The position numbers and the translations under genes are program-made. The notes under the pieces are model-generated. The model worked only from the letters and a program-made list of their open reading frames with translations. It was not told the origin of the DNA and did not search any database. This document shows, piece by piece, positions 37,469-49,935 of a DNA stretch of 64,000 nt. The DNA is from Octopus sinensis (taxonomy: Eukaryota): contig NC_043011.1 in NCBI RefSeq assembly GCF_006345805.1, forward strand, positions 47,442,464 through 47,506,463, in the 5' to 3' direction. Numbering within the stretch: the stretch's first letter is position 1; each line of letters starts with the position of its first letter.

Positions 37469-37865
37469 TCATACATAGGGGTACTCATGGGTGGGTAGTC
37501 TGCAAACAAGTTGAGCAGAAACTATCAGTACAGGACAAAGTATTCTAGTTACTTCAGGTGTGAATATTCTCATTTAAAACCACAATCAGTTTGATATTGA
37601 ATAGCAAGCACATTACATTCATTCTTGCATATATAAATGCAGTTTTGATTGGCACAGGTTTACATGCACATGAGTACATGAACACATATACATATATATA
37701 TGTGTTCATGTATATATATATATATATATATACACACACATATACATACATATTTTGCATATGTATAGTTGTATACAAGTATACAAAACCAAACAAGTAT
37801 ATGCAAACACAGATATATATAAACGTACATATAGACCTATATACATTTACATATAGATATATATG

Positions 37866-37931
<66 letters not shown>

Positions 37932-38154
37932 CACTAACATAAAAGCCACAATCTGTGTGAACTTTTAAGCTAGCTCCTGCAGAGGGCTAACTGGACCTGT
38001 GGCCCAAAACTGAAGGGAGCATTAATAATAAAGTATTTATTGGTACCCAACCAATCTGGTATTACATTCAATTCAGTTTAAAAGAAAAACCTGTACATTC
38101 ACGAATTTTAAGGTTTCTTTTAAAATTTCAATTTTCAACTGTTTGCATATAAAG

Positions 38155-38248
38155 AAGATCCGCATCCACACCTGATCCCAATGCTGGAAGTTCAAGAACT
38201 AAACGAAGGGCAGATTTTCAATCCCGGGATCATCCTGATTCCAAAAAG
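38155..38248 (+). CDS. Candidate 94-nt internal exon, product unknown
   Basis: GC/CpG-richer island in AT-rich flanks; donor AAG|GTATAT; two open frames (RSASTPDPNAGSSRTKRRADFQSRDHPDSKK or DPHPHLIPMLEVQELNEGQIFNPGIILIPK); acceptor mediocre. Confidence 0.25.
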
Positions 38249-38380
38249 GTATATTATATGTCTATTTGAAGCAAATGCAGACTGACATACAGGTGTCCCA
38301 AACAGACTGTATTTTGAGTTTGTTATTTAGATATCTACACATACATATACATGCACATATTAGTACACATATACATGTAT

Positions 38381-38834
38381 AGGCGCAGGAATGGCTGTGT
38401 GGTAAGTAGCTTGCTTACCAGCCACATGGTTCCGGGTTCAGTCCCACTGCGTGGCACCTTGGGCAAGTGTCTTCTACTATAACCTCAGGCTGAGCAAAGC
38501 CTTGTGAGTGGATTTGGTAGACGGAAACTGAAAGAAGCCCGTCGTATATATGTATATATATATATATATTATATATATATATATTATATATATATATATA
38601 TATGCGTGTGTGTGTTAGTGTGTCTGTGTTTGTCCCCTTAGCATTGCTTGACAACCGATGCTGGTGGGTTTATGTCTCCGTTACTTAGCGGTTCGGCAAA
38701 AGAGACCAATAGAATAAGTACTGGGCTTACAAAAAGAATAAGTCCCGGGGTCGAGTTGCTCGACTAAAGGCGGTGCTCCAGCATGGCCGCAGTCAAATGA
38801 CTGAAACAAGTAAATGAGTAAAGAGTAAAGAGAG
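38381..38834 (+). mobile_element. SINE family A, full-length
   Basis: AGGCGCAGGAATGGCTGTGTGG head to GAGTAAAGAGAG tail. Confidence 0.92.
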
Positions 38835-39267
38835 TATGTATGTATGTATGTATGTATGTATGTATGTATATATGCATATGTAGACATACTTTTTCATATA
38901 TACAAATACATATGCATTTACATATATATATGAACATACATATGAATACATATTATAAGCATGCTTACTTAAACACTTATATATACACACAAAATTTAGC
39001 AAGTGAGAATGTTTCTCTGTAGAAACTCAAACCATTTTTTGTAACAGCTTAATCTCTTTTATCAAACTATATAATGTATTCCACAGGCTGTGGGCCCTAA
39101 TTCATAGGGCAATAACCCACCCACTCACACAATAAAACTGTGATTTAGCACAACTGAAAAGCATACTTAGGCTTTTAATTGCCTGCTGACTGCTGCATCA
39201 AGGTTCTAATGCAACAGCACAAAATAAAATATTTTATCGAATACTCTAGATATTATAAGTATATGTA

Positions 39268-39568
39268 TCATCAACATCATCGTTTAACATCTGCTTTCTA
39301 TGCTAGCATGGGTTGGACGATTTGACTGAGGACTGGCCAACCAGATAGCTAATCTTGATCAGGCAGAGTTTCTACAGCTGGATGCCCTTTCTAATGCCAA
39401 CCACTCTGAGAGTGTAGTGGGTGCTTTTACGTGCCACTGGCACGAAGGCCAATCAGGTGGTACTGGCAACAGCCACTCTCAAATGGTGTTTTTTTCGTAC
39501 CACCTGCACAGGAGCCAGTCCAGCGGCACTGGCAATGACCTTGCTCGAATGTTTTTTCACATGCCATA
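39268..39568 (-). mobile_element. Family C (RTE-type 3' end)
   Basis: Matches the first 300 bp of 32874-33352. Confidence 0.8.
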
Positions 39569-39580
39569 CATACTCTGGTT

Positions 39581-39842
39581 ACCATGAGGGCACATAATCT
39601 AGAGGTTAGGGTGTTGCATTCATGATCCTGTGATCAAGGTTTCAATTCTAAGAGCGGGTGCTGCATTGTGTTTTTGAGCAAAACATTTCATCTCAAGTTG
39701 CTCTGTGGTCACTTCAACACCTGGCGTGTGGTGCACTCTGCACCTGTTCAGGTAACATCAGTTTGACGGAGGGAGTAAATTAATGTACAGCTCAATTGCT
39801 TATTTATACAGGATATTCAGCAAGAAATTGCAGAACTGTCTT
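39581..39842 (+). mobile_element. Diverged D-related SINE
   Basis: Similar to 30988-31292. Confidence 0.55.
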
Positions 39843-39959
39843 TCTCAGACTATGAGAGGTTACTATCACTTCATTATGATCACTGCAGAGCAGGAAACTG
39901 GTGGTGAAACTGAAGGAGGCAATGTATCATGACTACACAAAAGCGAGAGACTTGGCGTA

Positions 39960-40350
39960 ACAGATGAGTGCTAATATAAGAGGCTAAAGGAACTGAATCT
40001 CCACTCCTTAGAGAGAGAAGACATAACAGATATGCAGTTATATACAAATGGAAGATCTTGGAAGGTCTACCTCCCATATCTAGAACTGAATGCTATACCA
40101 ACCACCTAACTAGATGGCACTGCATAATACCAAAGATCCCATCTTCTCCATTTAGAATAAGGACCCGGAACTGCAATAGACTGAATTTCAAGGGTTCACA
40201 GCTATTTAATATTCTGTCAAACAACCTCAGAAATTTGTGAGGTGCAGATGTGGATGCCTTTAAAGGGAGTCAGAACCCACATTATGGCAGGAGGTGCAAA
40301 GAAGTGCAGCAGTATCCAACTCACGACCTCACCAGAAACAATACAGAAAC
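39960..40350 (+). mobile_element. CR1-group (Crack/L2-like) LINE ORF2 C-terminal remnant
   Basis: Frameshifted pieces RLKELNLHSLER...YAVIYKWKILEGL...HCIIPKIP...RTRNCNRLNFKGSQLFNILSNNLRNL follow the CR1-group C-terminal pattern. Confidence 0.7.
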
Positions 40351-40620
40351 AAAGAAATCCATTCATGTTAAAAGGTATTCAAAACCCAAGCAACACATAA
40401 GAAGCACCTTTTGGATTGCAACCTAGAGTGTGGATTTTATAGATTAAACCCGCTGACAATTACCATCTTGGTTAATGAATAATCTAGGAGAATTTAGATT
40501 CAGTACCAACATCACCATGATCTACTGACTAAATAGAATACAGTCAAGAATATCAGAAGGAAGTAAATGAGTTAATCTGATTAGAAGAACAAATAAACTG
40601 ACATGAACCTTTTAGCTTAA

Positions 40621-40698
40621 TTGACGTGTACCTTTCAAATGAGTTGACATGTACCTTTCAAATGAGTTGACATGTACCTTTCAAATGAGTTGACATGT
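40621..40698. repeat. 23-bp minisatellite, ~3.4 copies
   Basis: TTGAC(A/G)TGTACCTTTCAAATGAG repeated head-to-tail with no spacers. Confidence 0.92.
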
Positions 40699-40864
40699 GC
40701 TTTCTTGCCCATCAAATGGTTACAAAATAGTAAACATTTCTGGGTAGAAAATTTAGACGCTTAGTGTCAATGCCAATCTATACAATTGATTTGATAAAGA
40801 TGGTTATATGGCTTCTCAACCTTTCCAAAAATAACAGTATGACCACGTATGAAACACCTTAGAT

Positions 40865-41038
40865 CAGTGGTTCCCAACTGGGGCCCAATTATTTTTTACA
40901 CAGTTCTTAATAATGTTCAACTCAAAAAAATATAATAGGATGTTTTTAAACATTAAATGGTTCTGAGGATCCAACCAAGTAAAATAGAAAAATAGAAATC
41001 AAAGGAGTCCATTAGCAAAAAATGGTCAAGAACCACTG
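40865..41038. mobile_element. hAT/Charlie MITE
   Basis: TIRs CAGTGGTTC...GAACCACTG; 8-bp duplication CCTTAGAT at 40857-40864 and 41040-41047. Confidence 0.8.
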
Positions 41039-41233
41039 CCCTTAGATCACAAATGTGTCAGACCAGAGTTGACCAAGGGTTAAACAACAGCAAGAAATTA
41101 TTCACTCTATCAATTCAGCATCACCTGGTTTCATTCATTAATGTTCACCAAACACCACACACAATGTCCATGGAGATTGTTTCCCATTCATGCTAATCAT
41201 TTGTTTTGCATTGTTTTGTATGGTTTTTATTAC

Positions 41234-41282
<49 letters not shown>

Positions 41283-41644
41283 CAATGCAATTTTGGTATT
41301 AAACAGGTTTGATCCAGCTATTTCTACTGGTAAAATATAAATAGACAATATATAGAATATGTCCTTGCTCAACAACAATGCTGTAATTTGAAGTGGTCAT
41401 GGGCTGGTGGCATTGTCAATAGCATACTTCATTACCTTCTTACAATGTTCCGAAACAGAAAATTACAGAGAGGAGGAAAAAGGGAAGAGGGGGGAAAGAG
41501 AAAGTGAGGAGGGTAGAGAAAGGAAGAGAGAGAGAGAGAGTAGAGGGAATGAATGAAGGATATGAGGGTAGCATAGGAATGAAGAGTGAAGTAAGAGCAT
41601 GGATAGGGAAAGACAGGAAGAAGGGAGAGTCTCAGATACTGATA

Positions 41645-41771
41645 CAAATATATATATATATTATATATATATATGTGTGTGTTTATATATATGTATATGT
41701 ATATATGTATATATATTATATAATATATATATATATGTATGTATATATATATATTATATATATATATGTTG

Positions 41772-41807
<36 letters not shown>

Positions 41808-41849
41808 TAATATATATATATATATAATGTTTATATATATATGTATATG

Positions 41850-41892
<43 letters not shown>

Positions 41893-41953
41893 ATATGTAT
41901 GTATATATATATGTGTATATATATATATGTATGTATATATATATGTATATATA

Positions 41954-42002
<49 letters not shown>

Positions 42003-42144
42003 GCCAACAAATATATAATTACACACTAAACAATATAAACAGTTGATGAAACACCATATTTTAACGTGTAAACAACACAAACACATATGTCTATTCGATA
42101 TCCACTCACATTTATGCAAACATATGTATACACTCATTACCATG

Positions 42145-42197
<53 letters not shown>

Positions 42198-42270
42198 ATG
42201 GGTATATATGTACATGCGTGTGTAAATTCATACACACACACACACACACACATGCACACGCACACACACA
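41645..42270. repeat. Compound (TA)n/(TATG)n/(CA)n microsatellites
   Basis: Direct reading. Confidence 0.9.
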
Positions 42271-42600
42271 GAAGCACAAAATACTCTGGATTATATCAAC
42301 AATATCATTCATTTTCATTCATTAAACAATGGTAAATGTAGCAGAAATGGATACTTCGTATGAGAGATGCCAAAACATGCCAACCAATTTGCTGGAGCAT
42401 AAAATTATGTCAACAACAAACTTTAGACCCATTCATAAAATATAAAAGAATTTTGGGTGGCTTCAGTTGTAGCAATGTCTAACTGTAAATCTTACATGTA
42501 TGTGTGTGTGTGTGTGTGTGTGACTGTAAAGAAGTTGATTTCAGAATCACGTGGTTCCAGGTTCAGTCCCACTGCGTGGCATCTTGAGCAAGTGTCTTCT

Positions 42601-43071
42601 ACTCTCTTTACTCTTTTACTTGTTTCAGTCATTTGACTGTGGCCATGCTGGAGCACTGCCTTTAGTCGAGCAAATCGACCCCCCAGTACTTATTCTTTGC
42701 AAGCCTAGTACTTATTCTATCGGTCTCTTTTGCCGAACCGCTAAGTTACGGACATAAACACACCAGCATCGGTTGTCAAGCGATGTTGGGGGGGACAAAC
42801 ACAGACACTAAACACACCAGCATCAGTTGTCAAGCGATGTTGGGGGGGACAAACACAGACACACGAACATATACAGACATGTACACATATACATATACAC
42901 TTATATACGATGGGCTTCTTTCAGTTTCCGTCTACCAAATCCACTCACAAGGCTTTGGCTAGCCCGAGGCTATAGAAGAAGACATTTGGCCTAGGTGCCA
43001 CGCAGTGGGACTTAACCCAGGACCATGTGGTTGGTAAGCAAGCTACTTACCACATAGCTACTCTTACGCCT
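42601..43071 (-). mobile_element. SINE family A, full-length, with a 57-bp internal duplication; abuts a plus-strand A head fragment (42525-42600)
   Basis: AAACACACCAGCATC..GACAAACACAGACAC occurs twice. Confidence 0.88.
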
Positions 43072-43169
43072 ACTACGTCATGTTTGTGTGGGTGTGTATG
43101 TGCGTGCATGCATGTGAGTGTGTGTGTTTGTGTAAATGTGTGTGTTTGTGTTTGTGTGTGTGTGTGTGT

Positions 43170-43440
43170 GCATGTGTAAAAAAGTTTTTCTCACAATGAC
43201 ATGTTTCCAGGTTCAGTCCCACTGCATGGTACTGAGAGCAAATGTCTTCTACTATAATTTCATGATGGCTAATGACAAGTTTGTGTGTGCGTGTGTGTAT
43301 GTGTGTAACGAAGTTCACTTCACAATCACTTTGTTCCAGGTTCAATTCCATTGCATGGTACCTTGTGCAAATATCTTCTACTATAATTTTTTTCTGTCGG
43401 CTAATGCTAGGAAAGCGAAACTTGGTAGACAAAAAAAATG
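43170..43440 (+). repeat. Tandem dimer of degenerate SINE A heads
   Basis: Two units TGTGTAA..AAGTT..CAGGTTCA.TCC.A.TGCATGGTAC..TCTTCTACTATAATTT; similar dimer at 46150-46375. Confidence 0.65.
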
Positions 43441-43571
43441 TATGAAAGCACATAATGTGTGTGTGTGTGTGTATATGCATAAGCGCATGTGCATCTATTT
43501 ACAGCACCAAATTACAGATGCAGTTTGGTGCTCCTTAAGAAAACTCCCCTTTATTTTCATCGAATGATGTA

Positions 43572-43782
43572 TTCTTTTATTCTTTTATTTGTTTCAGTCA
43601 TTTGACTGCGGCCATGCTGGAGCACCACCTTTAGCCGAAACGAATCAACCCCAGGACGTATTCTTTGTAAGCCTGGTACTTGTTCTATCGGTCTCTTTTG
43701 CTGAACCGCTAAGTTACGGGGATGTAAACACACCACCATCGGTTGTCAAGCAATGTTTGATGGGGAAAAACACAGACATACA

Positions 43783-43832
<50 letters not shown>

Positions 43833-44000
43833 TATACGATGGGCTTCTTTCAGTTTCCGTCTACCAAATCCACTCACAAGGCTTTGGTCGGCCCGAGGCT
43901 ATAGTAGAAGACACTTGCCCAAGGTGCCACACAGCGGGACTGAACCTGTAACCATGTGGTTGGTAAGCAAGTTACTTACCACACAGCCACTCCTGCGCCT
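43572..44000 (-). mobile_element. SINE family A, full-length
   Basis: Head and tail motifs as in the other A copies. Confidence 0.92.
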
Positions 44001-44580
44001 ATGTATGTCCCCATTCAATAACATTAACAAACTGCTTGCTCCTGCTTACCCAAGCAATCATGGTACCTGATTCTCCAATCTTAGCAATTGCCACACAGTT
44101 TTAATCCTTCTGCTGTCTCTATTTGTTTCATTATTTTCTTTCATCTTCTCTCACAATCCACCCAACCAATATAATCTAATTCCATCTTATCCTGTTTGCA
44201 ATCTTTTCTCCCCGGATGCATGTATTATTGTTGTTATCTGCGGTTTTTAGATTGTCTTGCCATGTTAACCGTTATCTACATAGAAGCTTCCCCGTCTTTC
44301 GTTGTTCTCTTTGAGAGTCATATCATTCATGTATATATGGACAATGCATGTACAAGCTCGTGTGCATGTCTGCACACATGCAAGCACACAACACATACAC
44401 ATGCATATACATATGCACATCATATTTATTTTCCTTTTCTGTTCAATATCTGTTTTGCTACTTGGAAATATGTTTCAAAATAGGAAAAGAGATATTCCCC
44501 CCATAATATTAATCATTGTAAGTGGATTTGGTAGAAGGAAACTGAAAGAAGCCCATTATATAAATACACAAGCATATACA

Positions 44581-44622
<42 letters not shown>

Positions 44623-44639
44623 CACTATATAAATGTGAT

Positions 44640-44835
44640 TGTGTATGTACCGTTGGCGATTTTTTTCCCTCTGTCTTCCCTTCTCTGGATCTTTCCTTCT
44701 CCTATGTTTCCGATGAAGAGCTCCACTCGAAACGTTATACCATACTTCTTTCCTGAGCGTCCAATAATACTATATTTGTTCCATGTTCTCGCGTTGCTGT
44801 GTTTTTTTGTGCTTTCTTGTTTGGATTAACTTTAT
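44640..44835 (+). mobile_element. Penelope-like element terminal repeat remnant
   Basis: Contains CCGATGAAGAGCTCCACTCGAAACGTT followed by a pyrimidine/T-rich tail, typical of PLE ends. Confidence 0.6.
44703..44745 (+). ncRNA. Minimal type I hammerhead ribozyme motif (degenerate: CCGAUGA core variant)
   Basis: GUUU-CCGAUGA-A-GAGC(UCC)ACUC-GAAA-CGUU-AUAC; palindromic ACGU helix III. Confidence 0.55.
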
Positions 44836-45007
44836 ATATATGCATATATTCACACACACACATAAACAGATACACAATTACAGATAAAGATATAAAGATA
44901 TGTTTGTATATACATATACACATATATGCTGCAGCTAGGAGTACCCCACATTGGCTATGTACAATACATGATGTCAAATCTCTGTGGGTAGACTTCCAGC
45001 CCCTTAC

Positions 45008-45037
45008 CTGAACTTCAAATGAATGGTTGTCTTTCAT
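45008..45037 (-). other. Candidate 30-nt exon (MKDNHSFEVQ)
   Basis: Donor CAG|GTAAGG; acceptor TTTTAAAAG| is weak; could also be an ATG-initiated first coding exon. Confidence 0.15.
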
Positions 45038-45204
45038 CTTTTAAAATTCCAATACCTTATATGTTTTGTAATATGAAGTTATTTATTTTTTAAAGTTTTA
45101 AAGTTGCCATATCTGCTGCATAAAGAATTTTACTGTTTCTTTTTATAACATGGATTCCCTATGCAGCTGTTGTTTATCTTCATGTCAACACTAATTGAAC
45201 AATC

Positions 45205-45598
45205 TGATGATCAAACATATTCTAGATATTAACAGCACATACCTTTTCAAACTCCACCTGTCTAACACCCGTGGACACGATTACAAAGTCAGAAACCAGC
45301 ACAGCTCCTATGACTTTCGGAAACATTTTTTCATGCTAAGAGTTGCTGAAGTATGGAACAAACTGCCGGCATCAGTTGTTAGGTGTTGGAGCACTGCATC
45401 CTTCAAAACTTCCATGCTTCCTGAGATTCGCCAACACTATACCTGATTTTCTCCCCTCGATACGCACGCAAGCATGTATCTGACTCATACACTGTTCACT
45501 TCCCAGACATTTGTACATTACTGCATATACTTTATACGCACTTTTGACAAGTTGTGGTGCACCTGAGCACTGTATACAATAATTTCATTATTATAATT
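45205..45598 (+). mobile_element. CR1 LINE 3' end (ORF2 C-terminus plus 3' UTR)
   Basis: LFKLHLSNTRGHDYKV...FRKHFFMLRVAEVWNKLPASVV...STASFK matches the CR1 motif TRGH..K....R..FF..RV...WN.LP..VV....FK. Confidence 0.85.
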
Positions 45599-46149
45599 AT
45601 ACTTTTTCTGAGCACAGTGCACCATGGAAAGAACAATACCATTCACCATGTCCTTCTTTTCTAATATACTGGGCTGTGATCAAATGGAGTTGCATCTGGA
45701 GTTTGCATCATTCACATTCGTTGTGCATAAACTGACCAAGTTCTGGGAAAAGCTTTTAGAATGTTGTAGTTTGATTGATATTTGTATATGATATTTGTAT
45801 ATGTTCATAAGCATGTTAGATATCCATAACTCAGTGTCTTAAAGGAGAATCAATAGAAGGCTGTCTTTGAGTTAAATATTTAGAATTTTCTAGAAGTTAC
45901 TATAGTGAATTCCATTGCACAGTAAAATTTGAACACAAAGATTTGTGTTAAAAAAATCCCCACCTGTAACTTGTATATATTTACCGTATTTATTCAAATT
46001 GAAGTCTAATATGGTTGACTAGACCAGATTAGAGTTTAATGTCTTACACTTAAAGGTAGTACAGCAGTTGTGATTATGCAAATTTTTTACTGGCTTTCTA
46101 TTGGCATTATATCTATGTGTGTGTGTGTGTGTGTGTATGTGTGCTCGTG

Positions 46150-46375
46150 TGTGTAAAGAAGTTTGCTTCGCAACCACATGGTTCCAGGTTCAGTCCCACT
46201 GCATGCTACCAAGAGCCAGTGTCTTCTACTATAATTTCATGTTGGGTAATGTCATCTTTAGGTTTGTGTGTGTGTGTAAAGAAGTTTGCTTCACAATCAC
46301 ATTGTTCCCGGTTCAATTCCATTGCATGGCACCTTGAGCAAGTGTCTTCTGCAATAAATTTGTATTGGCTAACCA
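46150..46375 (+). repeat. Tandem dimer of degenerate SINE A heads
   Basis: Paralogous to 43170-43440. Confidence 0.65.
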
Positions 46376-47396
46376 TGTCACTTAACTCTCATCAATTGGT
46401 CAATGTTTTTTGTTTTGTATGTTCTGTACCAAATTGTTGTTTATAATGTCTAATACATAGCTAAGACAAGAGCCCCAGTGGTTACACTTGACCTATCAGA
46501 AATAGCTGTCAAATTTCATTCAAATTACACCTTACAGTCTATTAAAAGATATGACGGGCATTTGTGATAATGTACAATTGAGATAAACTGTACCTGTAAA
46601 GAGAGAATAGTTCTTTGATCACCACCTACTCTGTTAGAAAAGAAGGAAACATCAGATAATGTGATTCTGTATCCACTGTATCTGTAAAAAATATGGGGTG
46701 GTCATAACTGGAATGCCTTTGAACACTACTTAGTTTGATCAGGGATGACCTGGTTTGAAACATCGACACTATGTTGCTCTCTCAAATTATGCAGAATCAA
46801 CTTCTTACATTATGCAAACACAGGAAATCTGAGCTGATGTTGAAGAATTTTCCATTGCCTAGAATGTTTTTTTTAATTTTTAAATAATTTATTACATAAA
46901 TAAGAAACATATATAGACGATAATGATAAATACCACTTTATTACTTGCTAAATGCACATTAAACAATTTGGCCAAAAATTAAACATTTTAAAATAAATTA
47001 AAATCCAAAATGGTGGAAGTGGATGTAAATAAACTAGTTCAATGTTCGCAATATATTGCCAAATTTATGATATAGTGATTTCCAAAAATGCCATTAGCTT
47101 AGATGTTCCATTATTCTGGATGCTGATATTTGAGAAGTTTACTGTACAAAAATATGAAATAAAAAACTTTAGTGAATAATATAAGTTTTTTTTCATTATT
47201 TATTTTTTGACTTTCTTCTTAAATTTCGTTTATTGAACTTTGTCTTGTGTTAAATATGATGGACATTTTATCTAGATCTTGACAAAACTTTTACACCCTA
47301 CCTAGTCACTCATAAATACACACACACATACACAAACGCACACAGAGGCACACACTTGCTGTATTTTCTAATGTATAAGACACACTTTTTATTATA

Positions 47397-47622
47397 TTAG
47401 GTTGTCCGGAAAGTTTGTGCCGATTTATAGTAGCTTACATTTCGACTTATTTTAGAACATGGTTGAGTCCATAAAATAGGATTTGACTACACCTCCATTT
47501 ATAGCACAGTTTAAGCTTTCTTTTCGTGGAAGATAGTTTATGTTCCTATAACCTGTGTTAATTCTGTAACCCTTTAAAATGGAAGATAAGAAAGTTCCTT
47601 TTTGGCACTTGATGCTTTGGGA
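47397..47622 (+). mobile_element. Mariner transposon 5' end (TIR plus transposase start)
   Basis: TA|TTAGGTTGTCCGGAAAGTTTGTGCCG TIR; ATG at 47579 gives MEDKKVPFWHLMLWE, a mariner N-terminus-like sequence; truncated by a SINE. Confidence 0.75.
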
Positions 47623-47637
47623 ACCAGACAAAAATTG

Positions 47638-47899
47638 CTGCAGGGATGTAAACACACCAGCATCGGTTGTCAAGCGATGTTGGGGGGACAAACACAGACA
47701 CACAAACACACACACACATACACAAATACATACATATATAAAACGGGCTTCTTTCAGTTTCCATCTACTAAATCCACTCACAAGGCTTTGGTCGGCCTGA
47801 GGTTATAGTAGAAGACACTTGCCCAAATTGCCACACAGTGGGACTGAACCTGGAACCATGTGGCTGGTAAGCAAGCTACTTACCACACAGCCACTCCTA
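47638..47899 (-). mobile_element. SINE family A, 5' two-thirds
   Basis: Reverse head CACAGCCACTCC at ~47885. Confidence 0.85.
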
Positions 47900-48564
47900 T
47901 GAACTATATATGAGCACAAACTTACAAAAAATTGCTTATGGCACAAAGGAAGTAATGTCAGGGAGTTCATATTGTATTACCGTACTCCTTTCCTCTGCAT
48001 ATGCAACCTATACCTGACATGTTAAACATTGCTGAAAGACCATGTTACCTATAAGAAACATATTTCAATTATTCAAATAAAAATTATCCTGCAAAGATGA
48101 AAGAAACGTTAAACTTTCATCTACCTATCAGCAATGAATGAACGACACCAAAACTGTTGCAGTGGGACCCCCACCCTGATGGTTGATAATGACAACACAA
48201 AACATCATAACCAAAAATATGAACTTTACATCCAAGCTGTCAATTCTCTTAACCGAAATGTTAAAAAACTACATGATTGATCTGAAAGAAGAAAGCTGAA
48301 ATACAGCATTTGTATAAAGTAGTTTATATATAATTTGTGGTTTCATAATTTATTCCATTATATTGTCACAGCATTGAACTTACATGCACAATGTCATATA
48401 TTTCTCACATAATATGACTTTAAAATATCTTTCAATAAGTATATGATGAAATGTGCTAAGTATTTTTCAACGAAATATACTTGTAAAATAGAGGTGCATC
48501 TTAGCAACTGGTAAACATGGGATTTCTGCAGTTGTGGGAATTGTGGAGTCATGCTTTAATTACC

Positions 48565-48797
48565 TATTTCTTTACTACCCACAAGGGGCTAAACATAGAG
48601 GGGACAAACAAGGACAGACAAATGAGTTAAGTCGATTATATCGACCGCAGTGCATAACTGGTACTTATTTAATTGACCCCGAAAGGATGAAAGGCAAAGT
48701 CGACCTCAGTGGAATTTGAACTCAGAACGTAACAGCAGACGAAATACGGCCACGCATTTCACCCGGCATGATAACGTTTCTTCCAGCTCGCCACCTT
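48565..48797 (-). mobile_element. SINE family B, full-length, 17-bp TSD
   Basis: TSD GTCATGCTTTAATTACC at 48548-48564 and 48798-48814. Confidence 0.92.
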
Positions 48798-48909
48798 GTC
48801 ATGCTTTAATTACCATTACTGTCAAGTCCATTGTGACCTAGAATGGTAATACCTGGCAGTGTTCCATCAATGGGTTAAATAAATCTCCAGGGTTTTGTTT
48901 AACTTCCAG

Positions 48910-48966
48910 TTATTTTTGACAAAGCTCTGGAGAAGGCAGCTCTTCTGGGAGAAAAGGTACTTTGGT
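48910..48966 (+). CDS. Candidate internal exon (47 or 57 nt), product unknown
   Basis: Acceptor TTTGTTTAACTTCCAG|; donors AAG|GTACT (48956) or GGT|GTAAGT (48966); open frames IFDKALEKAALLGEK(VLW) and LFLTKLWRRQLFWEKRYFG. Confidence 0.3.
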
Positions 48967-49452
48967 GTAAGTCTTGCCATAGAAATAATACCAGTTATCT
49001 TCCAATACTTGTCACTAGAATCTACAAGGCTACTCAGGGAGAAGTTAAAGTGTTGTGCAAGCTTTTGTCATTAATATCAAATGGCATGCTGTGGTCTCAT
49101 GATTATTTGAATGGGAGACAGCTATCATCAGACAAGATGAAACAATCATCATATAATTTATTTAATAAACACAATATGTTTTTACGTGCTACTATTAGTT
49201 TCATGTGTTGAGAATATGCCAAAAAGTGATTTTTAACACGTTTGGTGTCCTAGCACAATCATCTGACACATAAGATGTGTTAACAGCATTGTTTGGCATG
49301 TTCTCAGCACATAGAACTAATAGTAGCACATAAGAACATGTATTGTGTTTATTAAATAATATTTATCTCTCACCAGATGAAGTACTTTTTATATTAATCT
49401 CACCATCATAGACAGAATACTGTGTGTGTGTGTGTAGGAGGGAAGAAACATG

Positions 49453-49611
49453 AAATGCAAGATTTCGCAAGGTTTTGTTCGTAAATGCTTAAAGGAGAAT
49501 CTGGATAAACTGGGATTTTCAGAAAAAGAAATGGACCGGCTAATTCATACATTACAAGAGCAATCTGTGAGTGGAACAGTAAAAACATGCAAGACATTTC
49601 TCAAGTTCTAA
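49453..49611 (+). mobile_element. RLE-clade (R4/Dong-like) retrotransposon ORF C-terminus
   Basis: GFVRKCLKENLDKLGFSEKEMDRLIHTLQEQSVSGTVKTCKTFLKF* fits the RLE terminal G.v...l...l..lg...........LQ.....GT..I.K.FL pattern. Confidence 0.65.
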
Positions 49612-49729
49612 ATCTGAATTTGTCTGTGTTAACTACATCCCAATGAGGGAGCCTTGTATCTTTGTTGGGAACCAGTTCCCTCCTCAGTGGAAGATTAATG
49701 ATAATTAAAAAACAGAAGAGACATATGTA

Positions 49730-49771
<42 letters not shown>

Positions 49772-49772
<1 letters not shown>

Positions 49773-49935
49773 GCAATTGGTATCTTTCAGCTTCTGTCAA
49801 CCAAATCCACTCACGAAGCTTTGGTTGGCCCAGGGCTACCTTAGAATACATTTGAGCAAAGTGCCATGCCATGCAGTAAGATTAAACACAGAAACTATGT
49901 GGTTAGGGACGTAAACTTCATACCACACATGCCTG
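49772..49935 (-). mobile_element. Degenerate SINE A 5' part
   Basis: CTTTCAGCTTCTGTCAACCAAATCCACTCAC...GAAACTATGTGGTT. Confidence 0.65.

Noticed and set aside
40621-40698. CRISPR-like repeat
   Set aside because: Units are contiguous with no unique spacers, there are no cas genes, and the context is eukaryotic; the same applies to the 51670 array.
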